NCBI GenBank assembly: GCA_963719505.1
Contig: CAVRCF010000002.1
Span: 64,001 to 128,000 of the forward strand
Source: Halobacteriovoraceae bacterium
GTDB taxonomy: Bacteria > Bdellovibrionota > Bacteriovoracia > Bacteriovoracales > Bacteriovoracaceae
Reading direction: 5' to 3'
DNA: 64,000 nucleotides
This document shows positions 23,257-34,441 of the stretch, piece by piece. A program made the translations under genes and the position numbers. The notes under the pieces were generated by a model that was given only the letters and a program-made list of their open reading frames with translations, had not been told where the DNA came from and searched no databases. Every line of letters begins with the position of its first letter. The first letter of the stretch is position 1.

Positions 23257-25092
23257 ATGTACAAATCAGATTACTTACTACTTTTTAAAAGACTCTTTTT
23301 GTCCTTCTCTTTGTTTTTCTTTTATAGAGTATTATTCTACCTTTTCAATTTAAGCTACTTTGGGAATATAGCATTTTCGAAAATTGTTTTAGCTTTCCTC
23401 TATGGTCTACGCTTCGATCTTGCAACAGTAGCAATTGCGAATGCAATTTTCATCATACTTTCTATCATTCCTCTACGCTTTCCTTTGTACAAGAAATTGA
23501 TAAAGTTCATTTTTGTCGTTTTTAATACTGCTTTTTTGGCTGCCGTTGTGGTGGATATTGAATTTTTTACTTTTCTAGGTAAAAAGATGACTTTTGATTT
23601 CTTCGATATGGGCGGAGATATTAAGGATCAACTCCCACAGATCATGAAGAATTATTGGTATTTTACTCTTTTGGTCATTCTAAATTTATTTGTTCTCTTT
23701 AAGTTTTATCCAAAAAAGAAAGAAGACTTTTTCACAAGTAGAAAATTAAGTCTTTTTAAAACTCTTCCTTTAGCTTTTTTTATTTTAGTTGTGACAGCTA
23801 TAACTATTCGTGGAGGTGTCCAGCTTAGAAGCCTCAGTCCAAAAAGCGCATTTATCTTTGAAGAGCACGAACTTGGAAATTTAGTTTTGAATGCTGCGTA
23901 TACGATGACAAGGTCGATTGGAAGTAAAGGGTTAGAGAAAATAGATTATTTTGAAAGTGATAAAAAAGCGCGTGAAGTAATTCTGAGTAGCCGTGGTTTT
24001 AAAAATCAATATGATTCAGGCTTAGAGAATCAAAACCTCGTTATCATAATAGTTGAAAGTCTATCCCAAGAGTACGTCGAAAACGGCTATGCTCCGTTTA
24101 TTAAGGAACTAGCGGAAAAATCTCTCTCCTTTAAACACGCTTTTGCAAACGGAAGAAGGTCGATTGAAGTACTACCTTCAGTAATGGCATCCTTCCCATC
24201 CGTTATCGGCAAGCCAGTTTATCAATCACAATATCAGTCAAATAAATTCTATGCTCTTCCTGAGGTTCTTAAAGATAGTGGTTATTCGACAAGTTTTTTT
24301 CACGGAGGAAAGAGAGGAACAATGGATTTTGATACCTATTGCTCCTCGATAGGTTTCGAAAAATACTACGCTTTGGAGGATTATCCCAATCAAGATCATT
24401 TCGATGGACAGTGGGGTGTCTATGACCACCACTACCTTCAATACTTTGCAAAAGAAGTAGAGAGATTTAAGACTCCATTTTTTTCTACCCTTTTTACCTT
24501 GAGCTCACATCAACCTTATTCAATTCCAAAAGAATTTAAAAATCGTTTTAGGAAAGGGAAATTAGAAATTCATGAAAGCATTGGCTATATTGACGAGAGC
24601 TTAAAACTCTTTTTTGAAGAAAATAAGAGCAAGGCTTGGTTTCAAGATACCTTGTTTGTTATAACTGCGGACCATACTCAAAAACTTGAAGACAATACAT
24701 CTACATTAAAGAGGTACCATGTGCCTTTAATTTTTTATCATCCAAGGATTAATCTCAATGAGATAGAGCCCAGAGATCTTGCTCAGCATACCGATATTAT
24801 GCCAAGCGTTCTCGATTTTCTAAATATTACGCCAAAAACAAGCCTTCTGTTTGGCTCAAGTGTTTTTTCAAATGAAAAGGGAAGGGTTTTTAACTATAGT
24901 AGTGGTAGCTATTTTTACGTTAAAGATAAAAAATTAGTATGGTTCGATAAAGAAAAATCGAAGGTTTTACTCTTAGATGAAAACTTTTCAGAGGTTGGAG
25001 CTGGTGGGGATGAGTCTGATACCTTAGATGAGCTAAAGGCATACATTCAATATGTAAATAATGGCTTAAAATCTAATAATATATATGAATAA
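23257..25092 (+). CDS. LTA synthase-family / sulfatase-like membrane phosphotransferase
   Basis: About five N-terminal TM helices, GLRFD, IIVESL, TLSSHQPY, ITADH. Confidence 0.88.
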   Translation: MYKSDYLLLFKRLFLSFSLFFFYRVLFYLFNLSYFGNIAFSKIVLAFLYGLRFDLATVAIANAIFIILSIIPLRFPLYKKLIKFIFVVFNTAFLAAVVVDIEFFTFLGKKMTFDFFDMGGDIKDQLPQIMKNYWYFTLLVILNLFVLFKFYPKKKEDFFTSRKLSLFKTLPLAFFILVVTAITIRGGVQLRSLSPKSAFIFEEHELGNLVLNAAYTMTRSIGSKGLEKIDYFESDKKAREVILSSRGFKNQYDSGLENQNLVIIIVESLSQEYVENGYAPFIKELAEKSLSFKHAFANGRRSIEVLPSVMASFPSVIGKPVYQSQYQSNKFYALPEVLKDSGYSTSFFHGGKRGTMDFDTYCSSIGFEKYYALEDYPNQDHFDGQWGVYDHHYLQYFAKEVERFKTPFFSTLFTLSSHQPYSIPKEFKNRFRKGKLEIHESIGYIDESLKLFFEENKSKAWFQDTLFVITADHTQKLEDNTSTLKRYHVPLIFYHPRINLNEIEPRDLAQHTDIMPSVLDFLNITPKTSLLFGSSVFSNEKGRVFNYSSGSYFYVKDKKLVWFDKEKSKVLLLDENFSEVGAGGDESDTLDELKAYIQYVNNGLKSNNIYE

Positions 25093-25175
25093 TGCATAGC
25101 TTCCCCCTTTGCCTAATTGAGTTCAAATAGATATTATCAAGACGTAATTTTATAAGAAGTTAAGGCGGTAAATGC

Positions 25176-26797
25176 ATGGATATCATCCAGTCAAAAATAG
25201 ATGTAAATTCAATTGAGTTTAAAGAAAATAGAGAGTTTGCAAACTCTTTATTAGAAACTCTAAGAGAGAGAAATAACTTAGTTAAGCTCGGCGGTGGAGA
25301 GACATCTGTAGCAAAACATAGGAAAAGAAATAAATTTCTTGCAAGAGAGAGAATTGAAAAAATTATTGATGACGGTTCTCCATTTTTAGAGCTTTCTTCT
25401 CTGGCAGGTTTTGAAGTCTATGATATGCATATTCCAAGTGCTGGAGTTGTGACTGGGATAGGTCGTGTCCATGGAGTTGAGTGCATGTTCGTCGCTAATG
25501 ATGCAACTGTTAAGGGCGGAACCTATTTTCCTTTAACGGTTAAAAAACATATTCGAGCTCAAGAAATTGCTATCAAAAATAATCTGCCTTGTATCTACCT
25601 TGTTGATTCGGGGGGAGCATTTTCTACCGATGCAAGATGAAGTCTTTCCTGATCGAGAGCACTTTGGAAGAATCTTTTTTAATCAAGCCCAAATGAGTTC
25701 CAAAGGAATTCCTCAAATAGCCATCGTACTTGGTTCTTGTACCGCGGGTGGAGCATACGTTCCGGCCATGAGTGATGAGACTGTTATCGTAAAAGGAAAT
25801 GGAACAATTTTCTTGGGAGGACCACCTCTTGTAAAAGCTGCAACTGGCGAAGTGGTGAGTTGCTGAAGATCTTGGCGGTGCAAATGTTCACACAAGTGTC
25901 TCTGGTGTGGCTGATCACTTTGCTGAAGATGAACAAGACGCTCTTCATATAACAAGAAATATCATTGAAAATTTAAATTTCAAAGTAAACGATAAAGAGA
26001 AGTTTATCACCGATAGAGTAGAAGATCCTCTTTATCCAGCTGATGAGGTTTATGGAATCGTCTCCAAAGATGCGAGAAAGCCTTTTGATGTTAGAGAAAT
26101 TATTGCAAGACTTGTAGATGGATCAAAGTTTCATGAGTTTAAAGCAAAGTATGGAGACAACTCTTGTTTGTGGATTTGCTAAGATTCATGGTTATAGAGT
26201 GGGAATCGTCGCAAATAATGGAATTCTTTTTTCTGAAAGTTCACTTAAAGGTGCACACTTTATCGAACTTTGTGGTCAGAGAAATATTCCACTTGTTTTC
26301 CTTCAAAATATTACAGGATTTATGGTTGGAAAAAAATATGAGTCAGAAGGAATTGCCAAGCATGGAGCCAAACTTAGTGACAGCCGTAAGTACCGTTTCA
26401 GTCCCCAAGTATACTGTTGTTATCGGGGGCTCTTTTGGAGCTGGAAACTATGGAATGTGCGGGAGAGCTTTTGATCCAAGGTTCTTGTGGATGTGGCCGA
26501 ATGCCAAAATTTCCGTCATGGGAGGACCTCAAGCAGCTGGAGTTTTAACGACAGTCAAGCAAGATGGATTAGGCCCTAAAAGGCAAAAAGCAAATGACTG
26601 AAGAAGAAATAGCTGAATTTGAAAAACCAATTTTAGAAAAATATGAAAAAGAAGGAAGTGCTTATTATAGTACGGCCAGAGTTTGGGATGATGGAATAAT
26701 TGAGCCCCATCAAACGAGAGATATCTTAGGACTTGCTCTTAGTACATCTCACAATCAAAAATACGAAGACACCAAGTTTGGTGTCTTTAGAATGTAG
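25176..26797 (+). CDS. liuB: 3-methylcrotonyl-CoA carboxylase carboxyltransferase (beta) subunit, about 5 apparent frameshifts
   Basis: Collinear fragments: [59 protein letters not shown]. Confidence 0.85.
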
Positions 26798-26805
26798 GTT
26801 AGTTT

Positions 26806-27591
26806 ATGGGTTACAAATTTATAGAAAACAACATTGATGAAAGAGGTGTTTCTTATATCACTCTTAATCGCCCTGAGATTCACAACGCCTTCAATGATAA
26901 GCTTATCCAAGAGCTTATAGAAATCTTTATCGCGATCGAAAGTGATGAACAAGTAAGACTTGTTGTTCTAACTGGTAAGGGAAAGTCTTTTTGTGCTGGA
27001 GCGGATCTCAATTGGATGAGTTCTATGATTGAATACTCTATGGAAGAAAATGTAGAGGATTCTAAAAACTTAGCTTTGATGTTTGAAGCTATTAATAGTT
27101 GCAGCAAGCCAATAATTGGAAAAATAAATGGCCATGCCTTGGGTGGTGGAGTCGGAGTTGTAGCCGTTTGTGATTATGTCATCACTCACGATAAGGCTAA
27201 ATTTGGATTCACGGAGACGAGACTAGGTCTTATACCTGCTGTTATCTCACCTTATGTTTTAAATAAAATTGGAGAAAGTCACGCGAGGGCTTGGTTTTTA
27301 TCTGGAGAAATGTTCAAGGGAGATAGAGCCTTACAAATGGGTCTGGTTCATGAGGTCTCAAGCGTTGATGATTTTGAAACGAGATCGGAACAGATCATAA
27401 GCTCTCATCTTCTAGCAGCTCCAAAAGCCGCTAGTTTGGCTAAAGGCTTAATCTTTGATGTTCTCAATATGGATAAAAAAGAAACTCGCGACCATACATG
27501 CAAAGCGATTGCAAAACAAAGAATCTCAAGTGAAGGTCAGATGGGAATGAAAGCTTTATTAGAAAAAAAGAAACCGGGATGGGTTAAATGA
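26806..27591 (+). CDS. liuC: Methylglutaconyl-CoA hydratase (crotonase family)
   Basis: LNRPEIHNAF, FCAGADLNWM, LGLIPAVISPYV; liu context. Confidence 0.85.
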   Translation: MGYKFIENNIDERGVSYITLNRPEIHNAFNDKLIQELIEIFIAIESDEQVRLVVLTGKGKSFCAGADLNWMSSMIEYSMEENVEDSKNLALMFEAINSCSKPIIGKINGHALGGGVGVVAVCDYVITHDKAKFGFTETRLGLIPAVISPYVLNKIGESHARAWFLSGEMFKGDRALQMGLVHEVSSVDDFETRSEQIISSHLLAAPKAASLAKGLIFDVLNMDKKETRDHTCKAIAKQRISSEGQMGMKALLEKKKPGWVK

Positions 27592-29067
27592 AAATCAAAA
27601 AAGTATTGATAGCAAATAGAGGTGAGATTGCACTTCGAGTAATAAGAACATGCAATGAGATGGGAGATTGAGACGGTAACTATATACTCTGAGGAGGACA
27701 AAAATCTTCCCCACAGCTATAGCGCTGATGAGTCGTTTTATCTTGGGCAGGGGACACTTGCACAGACTTATTTAAATCAAGAAAAAATAATAGAGATTGC
27801 AAAGAAGACTCAATGTGATGCTATTCACCCGGGATATGGATTTTTATCAGAGAATACAGAATTTTGTAAAAGAGTTATAGACAATAATATTATTTTTATT
27901 GGTCCAAGTGTTTCGGCAATCGAGCTCATGGGTGATAAAAAGACTTCAAAAGATAAAATGGGAGAGATCGGTATTCCCTTGATCCCTGGATATCATGGAG
28001 AAAACCAAGAACCAGATTTTTTAAAAAGTGAAGCTGACAAAATTGGCTATCCTGTGCTTATAAAAGCGACTGCCGGTGGTGGTGGTAAAGGAATGAGAAT
28101 TGTAGAGAGTTCTGAAGAATTTATTGAGTCTCTTGCAAGTGCAAAACGAGAAGCTTTAAATGCTTTTTCAAATGACAAGGTTCTCTTAGAAAAATATATC
28201 ACCAACCCAAGACATATTGAAGTTCAGCTTGTAAGCGATAGCCATGGGAATCATATGCACTTCTTTGAAAGAGAATGCTCAATTCAAAGGCGTTATCAAA
28301 AAGTCGTTGAGGAAACTCCAAGTCCGGCTCTCGATGACGAATTAAGATTAAAGATTTGCGAAAGCGCTGTAAAAATTTCATCTGGTATTAATTACCTGGG
28401 AGCGGGAACAATTGAATATATTCTAGCACCGGACAATAGCTTTTACTTTTTAGAAATGAATACGAGACTTCAGGTTGAACACCCAGTGACAGAAATGGTG
28501 ACAGGCGTTGATTTAGTTCGTTTACAGTTGCTGGCTGCAGCTGGAGAAAAATTTGATTTCAAACAAAGTGATATCAAACAAAAAGGTCATTCTGTTGAAG
28601 TTCGAATTTATGCAGAAGACCCAGACAATGATTTCTTACCAACCATTGGAAAAATAAAAAATATCGGATTCTCTAGTCAAGATAATGTCCGACTTGATTG
28701 TGGGTTTGCTGATAATACACAAATCTCAGTCAATTACGACCCTATGATAGCGAAGCTGATCGTCTGGGATGAGACTCGAGATCAAGCACTTTTAAAAATG
28801 GATAAAGCGATTGATGAGATTAAATTTACCGGAGTGAAAACAAATCGGGACTATTTAAAGCGAGTTTTAAAACATCCAAAGTTTGTTGAAGGGGATGTTC
28901 ATACCCACTTTATTACAGAGTATGCGGGTGACCTAAAGAAAGAAAAATCATCGACACTGATTGAAGCTGCTATGATAGCTGGAGCTTTGTTTTCAGAGAA
29001 CAAGGAGAAAATCTTATCAGGTAAAACTGATGCTTGGAAAGAACTCACAGGATTTAGGAATTTATAA
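27588..29067 (+). CDS. liuD: Biotin carboxylase subunit of methylcrotonyl-CoA carboxylase, one frameshift near 27665
   Basis: ATG 27588 gives MKIKKVLIANRGEIALRVIRTC; continues HPGYGFLSEN, GGGGKGMR, EMNTRLQVEHPVTE in another frame. Confidence 0.85.
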
Positions 29068-29558
29068 TGAATAAAAAAATATTACTGGCCAATAGTGAAA
29101 TCAATATTGAAGTTTTCAAACTAACCAATAGTGAAATAAAGTTCAAACATAAAGGAGAGCTGTTTCATGCTTCTCTATTAAAGAGAAACAATGATGAAAT
29201 GGCTTTATCGATAAATGGTCAAGAGCTTAAAGTTAGTGTTACAGATTTCGAAAACAAAGGTGTGAAACAAGTTTTTGCTGAGGGGTTCGAGGAGTACTTA
29301 AAACTTATTCCAAAAGCAATTGGATCTTCAAGTAAGGGAGCAGCGGCAGGAAGCTTAGAAAGCCCAATGCCGGGGAAGATCTTCAAGGTTCTTAAAAAAG
29401 TTGGAGATAAAGTTAAAATTGGTGAGACTATTCTCATTCTTGAAGCCATGAAAATGGAGCACACGATAAAAGCGACAAAAGATGGACAGGTGGATGAGAT
29501 TTTCTTTAAAGAAGGAGAACAAGTTACAGGTGGCGCTGTACTTTGTGCAATAGAATAG
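29067..29558 (+). CDS. Biotin carboxyl carrier protein
   Basis: SPMPGKI and EAMKME biotinylation motif. Confidence 0.9.
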   Translation: MNKKILLANSEINIEVFKLTNSEIKFKHKGELFHASLLKRNNDEMALSINGQELKVSVTDFENKGVKQVFAEGFEEYLKLIPKAIGSSSKGAAAGSLESPMPGKIFKVLKKVGDKVKIGETILILEAMKMEHTIKATKDGQVDEIFFKEGEQVTGGAVLCAIE

Positions 29559-30476
29559 ATGTTTAAAAACCTACCAAAGTCAGTAAAGATTGTTGAAGTG
29601 GGGCCAAGAGATGGGCTTCAAAATGAAAAGATTGTTATCTCCACTGACGATAAGCTCACCTATATAAAAAAACTTCTAGAAACAGGTTTAAAAGCCGTTG
29701 AGATTACATCTTTTGTGAGTCCCAAAGCTATCCCTCAAATGGGTGATTCGTCTGAATTATACAAAAAGGTAAAAGAGCTCAAGGTTTTGAATATAGATAT
29801 GCCTTGCTTGGTTCCAAATTTAAAAGGCTTTGAAAATGCTCTTAAACTTGGCGTTGAAGAAATCGCTCTTTTCACGGCTACAAGTTCAGAGTTTACCAAG
29901 AGAAATATAAACGCCACAGTTGATGAAAGCTTTCAGAAAATGGAAGAGATTAATTGCCTGGCGAAGAAGCATAAGATGAAGGTTCGAGGGTATATTTCAA
30001 CGGCATTTGGCTGTCCCTATAAAGGGCATATGGATGCAAAAAGCTTAGTCGAAGTGGTCAAACGCTTTAAGTCTTTTGATCTCGATGAGCTGTCTATTGG
30101 AGATACAATTGGGGTCGCGACTCCATCTCAGGTTGACCAATACCTAAAAGAAGTTGTGAACATTTATGATCGTAATAGGTTGGCGATGCATTTTCATGAC
30201 ACCAGAGGAATGGCCTTGGCCAATATCCTTGTTTCACTCGAGCATCAGATCTCAATTTTTGATGCCTCAAGCGGAGGCCTTGGTGGATGTCCTTATGCAA
30301 AAGGAGCAACTGGGAATGTTGCGACGGAAGATCTTATTTATCTGTTCAACTCTTTAGGAATTTCCCATGGGGTTGACTTTGAAAAGCTTGTTGAAGCCTC
30401 TCAATTTATCTTGGGGATAACGAAAAAAGTTACTCCCTCTAAATATCTCTCAGCCTATTTAAAATCACGCGAATAA
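29559..30476 (+). CDS. liuE: Hydroxymethylglutaryl-CoA lyase
   Basis: EVGPRDGLQNE, HFHDTRG, GLGGCPYAKGATGN. Confidence 0.93.
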   Translation: MFKNLPKSVKIVEVGPRDGLQNEKIVISTDDKLTYIKKLLETGLKAVEITSFVSPKAIPQMGDSSELYKKVKELKVLNIDMPCLVPNLKGFENALKLGVEEIALFTATSSEFTKRNINATVDESFQKMEEINCLAKKHKMKVRGYISTAFGCPYKGHMDAKSLVEVVKRFKSFDLDELSIGDTIGVATPSQVDQYLKEVVNIYDRNRLAMHFHDTRGMALANILVSLEHQISIFDASSGGLGGCPYAKGATGNVATEDLIYLFNSLGISHGVDFEKLVEASQFILGITKKVTPSKYLSAYLKSRE

Positions 30477-30490
30477 TATAAAGGAACATA

Positions 30491-31300
30491 ATGTCTTATC
30501 CGAATCTCACTGAAGTTAATCTTGAACTCATTGATCACAAGTTATGGATCACTCTCAATCGACCAAAATCTAGTAATGCTTTTACTCTCACGATGATTGA
30601 GGAGTTAGTTTCGACCTTGCAAAGAGCAGATGAAGACAATGAAGTTCGCTGTATTATTATTACTGGAGAAGGAAAACATTTCTGCGCTGGTGGCGATATA
30701 AAAAACATGCTTGCGAAAAAAGAAATGTTTGAGGGCGAAGCGAACGAATTAAGACAAAAATATAAAAAGGGGATTCAGAGAATTCCAAAAGCGATGGATG
30801 AGCTAACCACTCCTGTTATCGCCATGATTAACGGAGCGGCTATAGGAGCAGGCCTTGATATCGCTTGCATGTCAGATATTAGAATCGCTTCTTCAAATGC
30901 AAAGTTTGGAGAAACATTTACAAAAATTGGTTTGGTACCAGGAGATGGTGGGACATATTTTCTTCAACGAATTGTGGGCTTTGCTAGGGCAATGGAGCTG
31001 ACTCTAACTGCAGAGGTCATCAACTCAGAAGAAGCGAAATCAATCGGTCTGGTCAGCTCAGTGTGTGACAGAGAACAATTAAAAGAGAAAACAAATTTAA
31101 TAGCTGATAAAATTATTTCAAATGCCCCTATTGCGATTCAGATGGCAAAAAGGGCGATTAAACATGCCTATAGATCTGACCTATCTTCAAACCTAGAACT
31201 ACTTTCGGCTTACCAAGGGATCACTCAAAGAACGTCGGACCACTTTGAAGCTCTAGAATCTGCACAGAATAAAACAGTCGGACAATTCAAGCATAACTAA
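30491..31300 (+). CDS. Enoyl-CoA hydratase/isomerase family protein
   Basis: LNRP..NAF, FCAGGDI, GAAIGAG, GLVPGDGG. Confidence 0.9.
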   Translation: MSYPNLTEVNLELIDHKLWITLNRPKSSNAFTLTMIEELVSTLQRADEDNEVRCIIITGEGKHFCAGGDIKNMLAKKEMFEGEANELRQKYKKGIQRIPKAMDELTTPVIAMINGAAIGAGLDIACMSDIRIASSNAKFGETFTKIGLVPGDGGTYFLQRIVGFARAMELTLTAEVINSEEAKSIGLVSSVCDREQLKEKTNLIADKIISNAPIAIQMAKRAIKHAYRSDLSSNLELLSAYQGITQRTSDHFEALESAQNKTVGQFKHN

Positions 31301-31350
31301 TTAATTTTTTATTAATAAAAAAATTAAGATGATAAATGAGGATATTTTTT

Positions 31351-31379
31351 TTGACAGACAAATAACTCATCGTCACAAT
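31351..31379 (+). promoter_or_regulatory. Sigma-70-like promoter
   Basis: TTGACA-N17-CACAAT; lies inside the track ORF 31329.., which supports a later start. Confidence 0.55.
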
Positions 31380-31409
31380 AGTTATATAGAATCTTTTTTA
31401 GGAAGTGCC

Positions 31410-31748
31410 GTGGGGAAGTTGATAATTAATTTGATAAGTCTATCATTCTTAAGTTGTTCAACTACGCATTTCAAATCAAAAAATACTATAGTCGTTTCAA
31501 TGGACAAGAACGACGAACACACAAAAGACATTGAAGTAAAAGTCGATAAAGAATTTTTTCTTTGGGGATTATTTCCAAAGCATGAAGTTTTTATCGATAA
31601 AGAATTGGTTGACAGTGGAGCTGAGCAGGCTTCATCGGTGATGATCACTAATTCTCAAAATCTAAAGAATACTCTTTGGACAGTTTTTACTTTTGGTGTC
31701 TATTATCCGCAAACATTTACAATTAATGCTAGAACTAGTTCGCAATAA
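31410..31748 (+). CDS. Bor/Iss-like small lipoprotein
   Basis: GTG start gives lipobox FLSC; FFLWGL and TFGVYYP resemble the Bor family. Confidence 0.65.
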   Translation: MGKLIINLISLSFLSCSTTHFKSKNTIVVSMDKNDEHTKDIEVKVDKEFFLWGLFPKHEVFIDKELVDSGAEQASSVMITNSQNLKNTLWTVFTFGVYYPQTFTINARTSSQ

Positions 31749-31817
31749 TATAGATCTATATGTTAATCCAAGGAAGGATGAAAACTGCACGTTTTCAACA
31801 GGGCCACGGAAGGCCCT

Positions 31818-33854
31818 TTAATCATTAATAGAACTCAATAAATCATTAAAAAAATCAGACTTATATTCTTGTTCTTCTTCTTCACTCATATGATGGAAAC
31901 CAACTTTATCGATCTCTCTTAAGTGTTCATCACTAAGCTCAATAACAAATCTTGACTGGTGTCGCTTATAGTCTTTCCCATAAATTCTTCTCTCTTTAGC
32001 ATAAGTCATAACGAGTCGCTTTTTCGCACGAGTGATACCAACATAGGCCAAACGTCTTTCCTCGTCGACATCTCCACCTTCCTTAATCACGTTTTTGTGA
32101 GGCAAAAGCTCTTCTTCAAGACCAATAAAGAAAACATTATCAAATTCTAGACCTTTTGAAGCATGCAGGGTCATCAGTTGAACTTCATTTTTCATCAGCC
32201 CATCTTCAGAGTTACTATTGTCATGGGCATCGGCTAAAAGGAGGCGTTCGAGGTACATTTGTAAAGTTGCTTCTTCTTTAAAGCGATCGACAAAACGATC
32301 AGTACTCATTGAGAAGTTACGAACATCATCTTTTTTTCGGGCAGCAATTTTAGGGGAGTCATAACTTTTAGAGATAAAATCCATATAGTTGATTTGTTCT
32401 ACTAAAGTTCCAAGGGCCTGAGTTAATGTCATGGTTTTAAAATAGTTTTGAAAGACGCGAATAAGTCCAACAAACTCGTGAAGCTTTTCACCCATTTTTG
32501 TTTCTTCATGAGACCCTTCTTCAATAATATTAAAGAGAGTCGTTTTTTTCTGAGCAGCTGCATCCAGAAGCTTATTTAAAGTGACAGTTCCAATACCACG
32601 ATGGGGAACATTTAAAATCCTTCGTAGAGCAATTTCGTCTTTTGTATTATAAATTACGGATAAGTAGGCGATGAGGTCTTTTATTTCTTTCTTCTCATAA
32701 AACTTTTGTCCGCCAATAATATCGTAGGGGATTTGCGCCAGTCGTAGTTGATCCTCAAGCGGAGGGACTTGGGTATTACTTCGATAAAGAATAGCGACCT
32801 CTCCTAAAAACTGTCCTTTTCCCGACATTCTCAAGATATCGTCTATAATGATTTGGGCTTCATGATCTGTATTCCCACAAGCCCATAATTCGGGCTTGGC
32901 CCCCTCAGCACCATCAGTTCTCATGGTTTTATCTTTTCTATTCTTATTTTCTCTTATGACCACATTGGCAAGTTCAAGGATGCTCGAGGTCGACCTGTAA
33001 TTTGTTTCAAGTTTTATGACTTTAACGTTTTCATATTGGCGTTCAAAATTCAAAATGATGGTGATATCGGCCCCTCTAAAGGCATAGATAGATTGATCAT
33101 CGTCACCGACAACACAGATATTATTATGTGTGGAAGTAAGTCCACGAACCAGCTCAAACTGGAGACCATTTGTATCCTGGTACTCATCCACCATAATATA
33201 TTTGAAGCGCTTAGAATATTTTTCAGCAATCTCAGGTCGTTTTTGAAAAAGCTCAACCGTTAAGAAAAGAATATCGTCAAAATCAACGGCATTGTAAAAG
33301 CGAAGCTTATCTTGGTAATAATGATAAACGTATTCAGTAATTTCGTCATAAGGATTTTCAGGATCGTAGAATTCTGTGTCTTTGTATTCTTCTGCGGAGA
33401 TTGCATTGTTTTTGAGAAAACTGATTTTAGATTGAATTGTTTTTTTATCAAAAGTAACCTTATCCATTTTAAAGGTCTTTAAAGCTTCTCTAATAATGGA
33501 CATCTGATCTGCTTGATCGTAGATGGTAAAGTCTTTACTAAATCCAAGATGGTGAATATCTTCTCTTAAAATTCTCAGACCAAGGGAGTGAAAAGTAGAA
33601 AGAGTTAGACCTCTTTTCAGTTTTGGGCCAAGGAGTTTAGAGACTCTTTCGTGCATTTCAGTTGCCGCTTTATTCGTGAAACTGACGGCGAGAATTTCTT
33701 TTGGGTTAAGACGAAGGTTAGAAACCATATGAGCGATTCTGTAGGTCATCGTTCTGGTCTTGCCACTTCCAGCACCCGCAAGAATGAGCACGGGACCAGT
33801 GATAGTCTCAGCTGCTACGCGTTGTTCTGGATTGAGTCCACTTAAATCGATCAT
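31818..33854 (-). CDS. UvrD/Rep/PcrA family SF1A DNA helicase
   Basis: LAGAGSGKT, VDEYQD, VGDDDQSIY, NYRS, TLHASKGLEF, EERRLAYVGITRA. Confidence 0.95.
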   Translation of the reverse strand: MIDLSGLNPEQRVAAETITGPVLILAGAGSGKTRTMTYRIAHMVSNLRLNPKEILAVSFTNKAATEMHERVSKLLGPKLKRGLTLSTFHSLGLRILREDIHHLGFSKDFTIYDQADQMSIIREALKTFKMDKVTFDKKTIQSKISFLKNNAISAEEYKDTEFYDPENPYDEITEYVYHYYQDKLRFYNAVDFDDILFLTVELFQKRPEIAEKYSKRFKYIMVDEYQDTNGLQFELVRGLTSTHNNICVVGDDDQSIYAFRGADITIILNFERQYENVKVIKLETNYRSTSSILELANVVIRENKNRKDKTMRTDGAEGAKPELWACGNTDHEAQIIIDDILRMSGKGQFLGEVAILYRSNTQVPPLEDQLRLAQIPYDIIGGQKFYEKKEIKDLIAYLSVIYNTKDEIALRRILNVPHRGIGTVTLNKLLDAAAQKKTTLFNIIEEGSHEETKMGEKLHEFVGLIRVFQNYFKTMTLTQALGTLVEQINYMDFISKSYDSPKIAARKKDDVRNFSMSTDRFVDRFKEEATLQMYLERLLLADAHDNSNSEDGLMKNEVQLMTLHASKGLEFDNVFFIGLEEELLPHKNVIKEGGDVDEERRLAYVGITRAKKRLVMTYAKERRIYGKDYKRHQSRFVIELSDEHLREIDKVGFHHMSEEEEQEYKSDFFNDLLSSIND

Positions 33855-33892
33855 ATTAATGCACAGTAAAAGGAATGGGTTTCTTCGTCAAC

Positions 33893-34441
33893 TTATTGTT
33901 TCTTTATAGGTAAAGCTTTAAACCCAATGGGGGTAGGGTCCACTTTTAAAGGCTTTCGGCTCTCGTATCGCGTCTTATTCCAGCTTCTAATGATCTTGCC
34001 GGTTTGGGAGTCGATATAGGCTTCAAAGCTTGAAGGATTTCCATCATTGTGGACTAAGCTTACTAAAACGTGCTCAACATTTTTTGCCACACCATTTTTG
34101 ATAAAAACGGCAGACTCTTTGTGCTCAATTTCAATTTCCTTATCACTTATCCATACTCTTGATAGATTTGATACGGCCTTATCTTTCCACTTTTTATCAA
34201 TCTTATTGACCACATTAAAGGGAAGATCTTTTCTTCCAATAATTTTTCTCACGGGCTCTTTAATTAAAGGGATTTGAACATCCACTTTTTTTACTGAAGC
34301 AATCGCTCGACTTACGCCTTTAGAGAGTGATTTCTTTTGAGATAGAGGTGATTTTATTTTGGGTTCAAATTCCTGATTCGTGAGAATGAGAAGTGCCACT
34401 AAGCATGAACCGATAAGGAGGATGTGTTTTTTATGTTCCAT
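33893..34441 (-). CDS. Membrane-anchored/exported protein with PepSY-like C-terminus
   Basis: N-terminal hydrophobic segment; FEAYIDSQTGKII resembles the PepSY [IV]DAxTGx[IV] motif; start overlaps the protease stop. Confidence 0.6.
   Translation of the reverse strand: MEHKKHILLIGSCLVALLILTNQEFEPKIKSPLSQKKSLSKGVSRAIASVKKVDVQIPLIKEPVRKIIGRKDLPFNVVNKIDKKWKDKAVSNLSRVWISDKEIEIEHKESAVFIKNGVAKNVEHVLVSLVHNDGNPSSFEAYIDSQTGKIIRSWNKTRYESRKPLKVDPTPIGFKALPIKKQ

Noticed and set aside
25176-26797. liuB (and typA) as true pseudogenes or programmed frameshifts
   Set aside because: Multiple scattered indels with conserved protein sequence fit consensus error better
29040-29100. Split between biotin carboxylase and biotin carrier as a novelty
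   Set aside because: TAATG coupling looks natural and split arrangements are known, although an indel cannot be excluded
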